Source: Sedimentisphaerales bacterium
Lineage (GTDB): Bacteria > Planctomycetota > Phycisphaerae > Sedimentisphaerales > UBA12454
Assembly (NCBI GenBank): GCA_016930635.1
Contig: JAFGGI010000012.1
Coordinates: forward strand, 9,998 to 73,997
Direction: 5' to 3'
DNA length: 64,000 nucleotides
Below the pieces are notes generated by a model. That model saw nothing but the letters and a program-made list of their open reading frames with translations. It did no database searches and was not told the DNA's origin. Shown piece by piece: positions 47,118 to 55,207 of this stretch. A program made the translations under genes and the position numbers. Each line of letters begins with the position of its first letter. The stretch's first letter is position 1.

Positions 47118-49211
47118 TTATTTTCCGAATTCGAGTTCCTGCAGTTTTTTAAGGTCAGGTCTTACACTGGCGATTTTCATCGACTCTTCGTAAAGTTTGT
47201 TAAGATCTCCCAGCTTTATTTTTGCCCCTTTGCGAATGAATATCGGTATCTTATGAAGAGGTGTATCTACCAGAAGGGTTTGGCCGCCTGTGTAAACTTT
47301 ATCAGTATTCCATGCATCGATCCATTCTTCACCGGCCGGCAGGTATACCGGATGCTGCGTTTTACCCTTTCGCCATATAGCCGAGACAAGGATATCAGGC
47401 CCATACATATATGTTTTCCAGTCGTTCCATGCTTCTTTCTGCTCGGGATAAAGAATAAACAGCGGCCTTGCTATAGGCATACCTGTCTTTCGAGCTTCTT
47501 TTGCATATTCGTAAGAATAGTCGATTAGTTCCGTATGGATTTTTGAATACAATCTCCATATTGCAATAAGTTTGGTATCATATGCAGGTTCTTCTTTCAG
47601 GCTCCAGAATCCCCTGTCTTCGATGGGTCCGACTTCCATCACCGGACAAAAACAACTGAATGCCAGCCATCTTGCCGTAACTTCATGGTCAATAAAATTT
47701 GAGCTGTATCCGCCTGTATCAGACCCCCATATTGGAAATCCAATTACTGAAGACCTTAGCAGAGCTATTATAGCAGCCCGCAATGCCTCCGGCACAACTT
47801 TACATCCTTTCTTGGTTGCTCCAATGTCCCCGCCCCAGAATATTGCATATCGGCTGCTGTTACTGTAACCGGCCCGCGGCAGCAATACGAAATCATCGCC
47901 GCAAATCTTCTTGCTGATATCGTAAGTGGCTTTGGTATACAGACGCGGATAGTCGTTGTGATATTCTCGAGATGTTCTGCTGTCGAAAGCCTTATTTTCG
48001 TAATCATTCGGCACAAGCTGCTCAGCCCGGTCGAGTTTGAATCCCCTGACTCCCTGGTTGAGCACTTTGGCCAGTCCTTTTTCCTGCCACCATGTTACTG
48101 CTTCCGGATTTGTGTAATCTATAAGAGCGCGGTAATGCTGATCACGCGGGTCGCTGAGCTGTCCTTGTACTGTATAACCTTTTTCTTTGGCTTCGATAGC
48201 CATATCACCCATTATCCACGGTCCTATCCACAGCACAAACTTGACATCTTTATCATTTATCCATTTGATCATTTCAACGGCATTTGGAAAGCGTACAGGG
48301 TCCCATTCAAAATCGTCATAGCCTCTTGGACCCTTGGCCCAGGGCCTGTCAACCCAGTAGATGCTCATCGGGATATCAAAAGCTTTCATCATAAGAAAAT
48401 CTTCCACCGTCTCGCTGTTATACGGTGCTGTAACTTTCGTCCCGTCGTAATATGTTTCTCTATGTACGTGATTATTTCGCCATCGCCAGGGCCCGAATGC
48501 CCACTTCGGCGGAACTATCGTCGGCCCGACATTAAGCGAGTGTGCCTGTATTAATTCTGCAGGACCCGCTGCTGTATTAAGAATCATCGAAACACTTGGC
48601 CCTTCGAAGGTAATTTTAACGAGACCTGGATTGTCTCTGCAAAAATCATAAGTTCCGGGCCATGTGCCTTCGACAAAAAGGCTGTAATTTCGTGATGATA
48701 TATAGAACGGACAGTAGAGCGAAACTGTCGGCTTAACTACTGTTGTGAGGTACTCGCCTTTGAGGTTCATTGCAGTTCGAGTCTGTGGTGCCCAGGAAAG
48801 ATCCTGCTCGCCGTCAACTACACGTTCCATAAGGCCGGTAAAATATTCGTTCTCGGTGGCGTCTAACGAAAAACCCCATTTATATATATCGTCAACCCCA
48901 ACTGCTTTAAGATCGATATTGACAGAGTCTTTATTTACGACGAAACCAACGGTTACTTTTTTTCCGCCGGTCAGGTCCCACACAGCGGTGAGACTATTTT
49001 TGTCTCTGGTAATGACCGGCTCATCTTTAAGGAAGAATTTTTCCTTACGGGTTTGAAGGAACATGGGGATTTTTCTGGAGCCTATTGATAAGGGCTGTTT
49101 CAGATGAGGTGAAGTTACAATAAATGAGCTGTCTTTGTATTCAACTTCGGCTTTTGCGAATACACAGCTTGCCAGACTTAAGATCGTCAGAAGAAGTACA
49201 ATGCGTTTCAT
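47118..49211 (-). CDS. Glycoside hydrolase family 31 (alpha-glucosidase/alpha-xylosidase-like), exported
   Basis: Signal/lipobox LSLASC. GVRGFKLDRAE aligns with the GH31 nucleophile block (e.g. FKTDFGE). IFWGGDIGAT aligns with the xWxGD acid/base region. Confidence 0.8.
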   Translation of the reverse strand: MKRIVLLLTILSLASCVFAKAEVEYKDSSFIVTSPHLKQPLSIGSRKIPMFLQTRKEKFFLKDEPVITRDKNSLTAVWDLTGGKKVTVGFVVNKDSVNIDLKAVGVDDIYKWGFSLDATENEYFTGLMERVVDGEQDLSWAPQTRTAMNLKGEYLTTVVKPTVSLYCPFYISSRNYSLFVEGTWPGTYDFCRDNPGLVKITFEGPSVSMILNTAAGPAELIQAHSLNVGPTIVPPKWAFGPWRWRNNHVHRETYYDGTKVTAPYNSETVEDFLMMKAFDIPMSIYWVDRPWAKGPRGYDDFEWDPVRFPNAVEMIKWINDKDVKFVLWIGPWIMGDMAIEAKEKGYTVQGQLSDPRDQHYRALIDYTNPEAVTWWQEKGLAKVLNQGVRGFKLDRAEQLVPNDYENKAFDSRTSREYHNDYPRLYTKATYDISKKICGDDFVLLPRAGYSNSSRYAIFWGGDIGATKKGCKVVPEALRAAIIALLRSSVIGFPIWGSDTGGYSSNFIDHEVTARWLAFSCFCPVMEVGPIEDRGFWSLKEEPAYDTKLIAIWRLYSKIHTELIDYSYEYAKEARKTGMPIARPLFILYPEQKEAWNDWKTYMYGPDILVSAIWRKGKTQHPVYLPAGEEWIDAWNTDKVYTGGQTLLVDTPLHKIPIFIRKGAKIKLGDLNKLYEESMKIASVRPDLKKLQELEFGK

Positions 49212-49356
49212 TTTTGACTCCTTTCGAATGGTTTTTCAACTCTATTATACGAATAGGGTATTATAGTATAGTTTTAGCAGAATTGCAAAATTGTAACACA
49301 GGCCCGGATTTGAAGAATTTTTTACAGGACTTTTGTTGTCCACATGTCTTTTTATA

Positions 49357-51318
49357 TTATTGCATCCAGTTTTCGGCCAATGCCGCAAAATCTATGGCAT
49401 TTACGTTGTTATCGTTGTCCAAATCAGCCCCGCTGCAATAGCCGCAATCGGTATCCAGCCAGTTATAAATCAGACAAGCCAAGTCGGCCCAGTCAATATC
49501 GCCGTCAGGTTCACAATCTCCGGTTAATTCTGCGCGTTCAAATGCTCCCAGCTCAGGTGCGCTGCCGACGAAAGGCCGGCCTACATCAGTCCCCGAATTT
49601 ATCATTGAACTATCGGCAGCTAAACGAAGGAAACCGAGTTTAGGCAATTCACCGTTTGGCCCTCTGGGACCATCTATTCCGGTTTCATCAAGACTTATAA
49701 AATCGGCACTGGTAACTGTAAAACCGTTCCAGGAATTATACGTGTCGTCAATCAGTGACCCGATATTTACTGTACCTGCATATGAGATATTATTGCGCAA
49801 TACGTGAACCGCACCGGTAGTCGGATTAAGGAAAGTAAAATTACTGATGCTATTATTTAGGCCGGTACAATTATAAAGTGTAACTCCTGTTGCATCTGCT
49901 GTAGAGCGGTTCAGGTCGAATCCTTTGCTTGTATGGTCATACGCAACACAGCCAATCAGGATATGTTCCCCTCCGCCCTGGCCGAGTTTGAAGCCGTTGG
50001 CATTTCCCGTAAAATTCGGATCGCCCCAGACGTTATCGCCATTGCGAAATGCCCAGCAATTCTCAACTAACACACCATTACCTGCCCACCAGAAATCGAA
50101 CCCGTCATCAGAGTTATTCCATGACCGGCAACCGCGAAATACATTACCCAATCCGATACTTGCGCCTCCGCCGGTTGGACCTTTTGCCCCGAAACCGTCG
50201 GCATCTTCACCGAACTCTTCCGGGTCATAGTTAAGATACGAATCGCAGTTCAATACCAGATTATAAGCCGCATCTACAGTCAGATGAATGCCGGTATCAC
50301 CATTTTGACGTGCGATGAGCCTTTCGAGTGTATTGTAAGAGCCGCTGACATATATCGCGGTATCATCAGTGTATTGGACTGTAAAATTCTTAAAGTGCCA
50401 GTAGCTGCCGTCTATTTTAATTCCCTTCTTTTTACTTTCATATCCCTGACCTGAAAAATCCAGGATAACGGTTTCGTCCAGGTAAGCCTGCATTGTTAGG
50501 GGGTATGCTGATGTGCCGCTTGTTGAAATTGTGATAGTGTCCGAATAGTAATGTATCCCGCCGCACAGATAAATAGTATCACTGGGCAAAGCCATAGATA
50601 CTGCTTTGGGTATTGTAGCAAAAGGATAATCTATGGAACCATCACCGGTGGTATCATTGCCGTCCGGTGCGACAAAATAAACACTATAATCCGGCAGCGA
50701 AAACGTCAGCACGGGCGGATGTATCGAGCCTGCATTATAGAAGTAAGTTGTCCAGCCCGGCGTCATAATAAAAGTAACAATTCCATCGGTATCCGTATTC
50801 AAAAATGAGACAAGATCGCTTGATGTGCAGGTATCCGTAGTTCCGTCGCCGGGTTGAATTGTGCCGGTATATAGGTTAGCTGTTGTGACGGCCGGGTCGA
50901 GATTCGCATCTATTATGTTATTGCCCGGTGCATTGTTCCATGTCAGGGTATCCGGGTCCCAATCTTCCATATCTGCCGCATCGTTTAGGCCATTGACCAT
51001 GTATAACTTGGGCTGTGTATTATCTGCCGTTCCGGTAAAGGTCAGGGTGGCTATCACAATATTTCCCTTTAAGCCGGGATTGGCTGTATAAATAGCGTTA
51101 AGGTCGAACTGCAGCCACGATTTGTAGTTTGTGTTGTCTGATTCACGAGTCCGAAGCCTTATATCTGACTGAACCGTATCTGCCGCGGAAGGATTAGTCC
51201 AGTCCATGCACGTGCATTTGCCCTGCGTAGCGGCGGCCACAATATCAGCCTGTAAGGTTGAGAGTTGCACCAGCAAGGAGAACATTACGCATATGATCAG
51301 AAACCACATGCTTTTCAT
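49357..51318 (-). CDS. Secreted right-handed beta-helix polysaccharide lyase (PL9-like) with N-terminal DNRLRE/CBM-like module and C-terminal dockerin-like domain
   Basis: Has a signal peptide. N-terminal module: SDIRLRTRESDNTNYKSWLQFDL ... LTWNNAPG. Lyase core: YFVAPDGNDTTGDGSIDYPFATIPKAV, EDADGFGAKG, NNSDDGFDFW, NANGFKLGQGG. C-terminus: DGDIDWADLACLIYNWL ... DLDNDNNVNAIDFAALAENW. Confidence 0.75.
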   Translation of the reverse strand: MKSMWFLIICVMFSLLVQLSTLQADIVAAATQGKCTCMDWTNPSAADTVQSDIRLRTRESDNTNYKSWLQFDLNAIYTANPGLKGNIVIATLTFTGTADNTQPKLYMVNGLNDAADMEDWDPDTLTWNNAPGNNIIDANLDPAVTTANLYTGTIQPGDGTTDTCTSSDLVSFLNTDTDGIVTFIMTPGWTTYFYNAGSIHPPVLTFSLPDYSVYFVAPDGNDTTGDGSIDYPFATIPKAVSMALPSDTIYLCGGIHYYSDTITISTSGTSAYPLTMQAYLDETVILDFSGQGYESKKKGIKIDGSYWHFKNFTVQYTDDTAIYVSGSYNTLERLIARQNGDTGIHLTVDAAYNLVLNCDSYLNYDPEEFGEDADGFGAKGPTGGGASIGLGNVFRGCRSWNNSDDGFDFWWAGNGVLVENCWAFRNGDNVWGDPNFTGNANGFKLGQGGGEHILIGCVAYDHTSKGFDLNRSTADATGVTLYNCTGLNNSISNFTFLNPTTGAVHVLRNNISYAGTVNIGSLIDDTYNSWNGFTVTSADFISLDETGIDGPRGPNGELPKLGFLRLAADSSMINSGTDVGRPFVGSAPELGAFERAELTGDCEPDGDIDWADLACLIYNWLDTDCGYCSGADLDNDNNVNAIDFAALAENWMQ

Positions 51319-51337
51319 TATCTAACACCCTTTATTT

Positions 51338-54205
51338 TTATTGCCAGCACTGGCCTGAAGGCTCTCGATTACACGTCAGCCAGTCTAATGCAAATTCGGC
51401 TATATCATTAAGGTCCAGTATGCCGTCTTCCCATTCATCGGCAAGGATAGTATAGTCGAAGAGATCTACCTGGCAATTTTCATCAAGGTCAGAAATAATC
51501 GGATTTGTACAGTAGTAGTTAGAAACACCTGCGCCGTTATATATCTCGATTATTTGTTCCTGGGTAAGTGCATAAGGATAAATACGGACATCGTCTATTG
51601 AGCCGGGTGTGAAAACACCGTCAGCTAAATACAGAGGTTCAGTCTGGCTGATATCGCCTGTGTTATCCGTCGTAGAGCCCCTGAGGACTGTATCAGCATA
51701 AAGCCTGGTCTGGTTTGCCACAGTATCGCGGACTGCAACTACGTGTACCCAGTTGCCTGTACAGAAATCTGTTGTGGGAATAGAGACTTCTGATTTTGTC
51801 ACGTTATCATCGATCGCAAAGCGGAAATTCGAATCCTTACGATATAGTTCATACCGCTTGCCGCTTCCCGGAAATGCTCCGCTGCCGATAGTGCCCTTAA
51901 TAAAGAGTTCATACTGGCCGCTGAAAGATACAGGCTGTATAGCCCACAGCGATACTGAGAAATCTTCATCGCCGAAGTCTATTGCATCACTGCTTGGTAC
52001 AGTAACCGCTCCGCCATTTCCATGAAATTCGAGACCGTAGCCAAAACGTCCCATTGCCCAACTCGGTGGTGTAGCACCTTGCAAAGTTCCCTCGAGTAAG
52101 GAATCGCCTGTTACCTCGTGAGCAACTAAGCCACTGCCCTCGTCAAGCGTCCAGTAAGCGACAGGTGGACTGATCGTTGTCGGTGAAAGAGTTGTATCGC
52201 TTGCCGGAGATGACCAATCGGTTTCATTTTGAAGCGGACTTTTATCACGAGCCTTGACCTGATATGTATAAGTTGTCTCGGGCTCAAGACCTGTATCTGT
52301 ATATGAGGTGCTGTCCTGCCAGCCGGAATCGTGGTTGGCATCTGTGATATTTGCAAAGTAATATTCTACGCCTGTTATATCGCTGGCAGTGGTTGCTGTC
52401 ATCGTTATCATAGTCGAAAGTATCGCTTCAGGCTCGGCTGCCCATGTCATCGGGTCAGGCGTCGGGGGTGTCATATCAGGCTGTGGTGCTGCAGAAGCAG
52501 AACTGGACCAGCCGGTCTCGTGGTTATAAGGACTAAGGTCGCGAGCCTTTACCTGGTAAGTATAACTTACGCCTGTTGTCAGGCCTGAATCTATATAAGT
52601 CGAGCTGTCCTGCCAGCCGGAGTCGTGATTTGCATCTGTAATATTGGCGAAGTAATACTGTACCCCGCCCGGGTCGATTGCAGTAGTTGCTGTCATTGTT
52701 ATTTGTGTTGCACTTAGAGACTCTGGCTCGGCCGCCCATGTCATCGGGTCGGGTGTTGGTGGTGCCGTGTCTTCTGTATATGTGCCGGGAGGGATGAGAC
52801 TGTTCAAATATACCTCGAGATTTGTATACGCCAAATCAAGATCATAGTCATTCCTGTCGCTTGCGTCATTAAGATCTAAGCCGTTTGCTGTTTCCCATGC
52901 ATCCGGCATTCCATCCTGGTCCGTATCTGTCGGGGCTGGTGCGGAATTAAGCGTCGGCCAGCCGCCGACCTCGCCCTGTGTATCTATTACCTGGCCGGTA
53001 CCGTTTATAACATCATTTACAACTCTCGTATCTACCGAGTCTCTTGCAGGCAGACTTGTACCGGCATGGTTAATCACCCTTGTATAAGCATCGACGGCGG
53101 TATCTGTAGTAATCGGGTTTGTGGGAAAAGGCACGGATTGCTTGTAAGCATCTTTTTGTGCCTGTGTCCATCCGCCTTTCGATGTGCTCCAATATACCCA
53201 CTGCCAGTCATCTGCGGAGTAGGTGCCGTTGAAGTAATTACCTGTATAATAACCTTTAAAATATGTGCATGCGGCGCTATACAGATAACCTGCTGTGCCG
53301 TTGTAGCCCGGTTTTGCCCAGTTGCCTACATAATTATATCTGCAGACACTGTCAAGGTCTGCATCATAGCCTGGATAGCTGCCGCCCCAGTTATAAATTA
53401 CATTGTTCCGGAAATCGAACTGCAATCCGCACGGGTCTTCCCAGTATGGGTTGCCATCGGATACAGTACTGTCGTAATTACCGGGTCTTGGATTTCGCGA
53501 AATATTATGAGCAAAAAGATTATGATGATATGTGTACTTCGCATCGTAACAGCCTCGTATCAGTGCACCGTAACTATGAGTACCTTTACCGTGTATGCTG
53601 TGCCAGAGTGCCTCAGAGATGATACTCCACTGAACAGTAACATGACTGAGAGTCGGATTTGCTGTTGAGCAGGAGAAAACCTCGTCAACGCTCCAGCTTG
53701 CCGAGATATGGTCCATAATAATATGGTTTCCGCTGTTTATCGATATCGCATCGGATTCAGTCAGGCTTTCATCGCCGAGCCGGCTGCGGATATAACGTAT
53801 AACAATGTGATCTGCACTTATTGTGATAGGGTAGTCTCGAACGCATATACCATCTCCGGGCGCTGTCTGGCCGGCAATGGTTATATAGGATTTGTAAATA
53901 TTGAGAGGCGCGGTCAGTCGTATAGTACCTGAAACATCAAAAACTATTGTCCGAGGCGTTTCAGCCGTTCCTCCTGCAGTTATTATTCCGTATCGCAGCG
54001 AGCCGACATTGACATCATCCACAGTTGTTACGTGATAAACATCGCCGCCTCTGCCGCCCATCGCATAGGCGCCCCAGCCTTCTGCGCCGGGGAAAGCCGC
54101 TACATCACCATAAGAATTAGACGCAAACAGCGAAAATGTTACCGCTAAAATTATTGCCGGGATTATCTTCTTTTTCATCATTTTTGCTCCAAAATTTCTT
54201 TTCAA
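51338..54205 (-). CDS. Secreted multidomain pectate lyase: PL1 catalytic domain, two Fn3 repeats, LamG/ConA-like domain, dockerin-like C-terminus
   Basis: Has a signal peptide. AAFPGAEGWGAYAMGGRGGDVYHVTT, IAGQTAPGDGI and IIMDHISASWSVDE give the PL1 pattern. There are two 98-aa repeats. LEFHGNGGAVTVPSS...DFSVSLWA...WVHVVAVRD fits LamG. C-terminus: SDLDENCQVDLFDYTILADEW. Confidence 0.8.
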   Translation of the reverse strand: MKRNFGAKMMKKKIIPAIILAVTFSLFASNSYGDVAAFPGAEGWGAYAMGGRGGDVYHVTTVDDVNVGSLRYGIITAGGTAETPRTIVFDVSGTIRLTAPLNIYKSYITIAGQTAPGDGICVRDYPITISADHIVIRYIRSRLGDESLTESDAISINSGNHIIMDHISASWSVDEVFSCSTANPTLSHVTVQWSIISEALWHSIHGKGTHSYGALIRGCYDAKYTYHHNLFAHNISRNPRPGNYDSTVSDGNPYWEDPCGLQFDFRNNVIYNWGGSYPGYDADLDSVCRYNYVGNWAKPGYNGTAGYLYSAACTYFKGYYTGNYFNGTYSADDWQWVYWSTSKGGWTQAQKDAYKQSVPFPTNPITTDTAVDAYTRVINHAGTSLPARDSVDTRVVNDVINGTGQVIDTQGEVGGWPTLNSAPAPTDTDQDGMPDAWETANGLDLNDASDRNDYDLDLAYTNLEVYLNSLIPPGTYTEDTAPPTPDPMTWAAEPESLSATQITMTATTAIDPGGVQYYFANITDANHDSGWQDSSTYIDSGLTTGVSYTYQVKARDLSPYNHETGWSSSASAAPQPDMTPPTPDPMTWAAEPEAILSTMITMTATTASDITGVEYYFANITDANHDSGWQDSTSYTDTGLEPETTYTYQVKARDKSPLQNETDWSSPASDTTLSPTTISPPVAYWTLDEGSGLVAHEVTGDSLLEGTLQGATPPSWAMGRFGYGLEFHGNGGAVTVPSSDAIDFGDEDFSVSLWAIQPVSFSGQYELFIKGTIGSGAFPGSGKRYELYRKDSNFRFAIDDNVTKSEVSIPTTDFCTGNWVHVVAVRDTVANQTRLYADTVLRGSTTDNTGDISQTEPLYLADGVFTPGSIDDVRIYPYALTQEQIIEIYNGAGVSNYYCTNPIISDLDENCQVDLFDYTILADEWEDGILDLNDIAEFALDWLTCNREPSGQCWQ
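52178..52765 (-). repeat. Intragenic tandem duplication (2 x 294 bp) encoding the two Fn3-like modules
   Basis: The CCATGTCATCGGGTC block (PDPMTW) occurs at 52736 and again at 52442, exactly 294 nt apart. The flanking peptide blocks repeat too: TPPTPDPMTWAAEPE ... YYFANITDANHDSGWQDS ... TYTYQVKARD. Confidence 0.85.
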
Positions 54206-54402
54206 AACCCTAAAAATATTTTTTCCTGCCCCGGCACATACCCCCTGAAACTGAAATTATACTTGCTCTTTGAGGCGACGCAAAATGGCCTGCCGAGTCG
54301 TAGTTCGATGCGATAACTATAATGATTTTTATTGTCCGTCTTCGTCCCTTAACGGGACTTCGACGCGACAGTATTCATTCTCTGCAAGCATCAAACGAAG
54401 AC

Positions 54403-54755
54403 TGGAGGCGGGGAGATTCGAACTCCCGTCCCGAAACGTTTCAAAACAGACTTCTACATGCTTAGTTATTCTTTTGTATCTCGCCTTACCAATCGCCGAA
54501 TAACAGGCTTTTGATTTAGCCAGTTTGTTAGAGTTTCGCTTTATTTGGACAAACCGCCTTACAAAGCTATCCCGCAAGTTGGCGCCCGTGTAAAATCAGC
54601 GGGAATGATTTCACAGGACGGGCCGCTTAATTAAGCAGCCATTGCTAATTGGTAGTTGCCAATTAATTTTTGTGCCGGATGATTAGCCAGGCCAACCGGC
54701 GTCCTGAACATGCAACCTGTTTCTCTACCCGTCCGGTCGAAGCCTTTCGCCCCCG
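54403..54755 (-). ncRNA. ssrA: tmRNA (transfer-messenger RNA)
   Basis: The 5' end GGGGGCGAAAGGCTTCGACC pairs with the 3' end CGCCTCC-A, giving a 7-bp acceptor stem with a G3:U pair. T-arm is GGGAG-TTCGAAT-CTCCC. The internal tag reading frame is ...GGC AAC TAC CAA TTA GCA ATG GCT GCT TAA TTAA. The PK1 region (GGTTGGCCTGGCTAATCATCCGGCACAAAAA) is collinear with E. coli ssrA. Confidence 0.92.
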
Positions 54756-55116
54756 AACAAGCATAAATATCGGTGAATTTTAAAAGAGCTGGGCATGCAT
54801 CAATAGTTTCAACAACACTATACCATAAGTTGCCGTAAAAGTCAAGAAGAACTATATTTACGAAATCTATGCGGCAAAAATTCATTGAAAATCGTCCTGT
54901 TTTCCGATATAATAGGAGAGTCAGGTTTCCCCTGCGGTGTACGACAGGAAAGTTCATATTTGAAGAACCGATACCCTTATTCAGGGAAGTCAGAACTTGG
55001 TGGATCGAAAAAGCCTGCCTGACAGGACTTTTGGACGCCAAAAGCCGACTACCCACTTTGAAATACAGGGTTCTTTAAATTGCTTTTCATCGGCACAGGC
55101 GGAGGTGACCAGCTTT

Positions 55117-55144
55117 AAAAAAAAGGTCTGTTACAATCAGGCCT
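55117..55144 (-). terminator. Rho-independent terminator of glgP (potentially bidirectional)
   Basis: AGGTCTG (55124-55130) pairs with CAGGCCT (55138-55144), with one G:U pair. It is flanked by an A-run (55117-55124) and a T-run (55144-55149). Confidence 0.6.
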
Positions 55145-55207
55145 TTTTTATTGCGCAAAATTTGAATCTTGGATTAGTTAAAAAATTAATGGTGGAAACT
55201 TTAAAAA

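Noticed and set aside
54270-55056. ORF-track entries 54270..54503(+), 54329..54577(-) and 54631..55056(-).
   Set aside because: They overlap the tmRNA gene. The last one ends with the tmRNA tag peptide (…GNYQLAMAA), so it is an artefact of the ssrA tag frame.
54756-55116. A ~360-nt apparently non-coding stretch between the glgP terminator and ssrA, containing a 69-aa (+) ORF at 54869..55078.
   Set aside because: The ORF has no RBS or promoter that I can see and no recognisable motif. The region probably holds the ssrA promoter. I could not define convincing -35/-10 boxes, so I report no feature.
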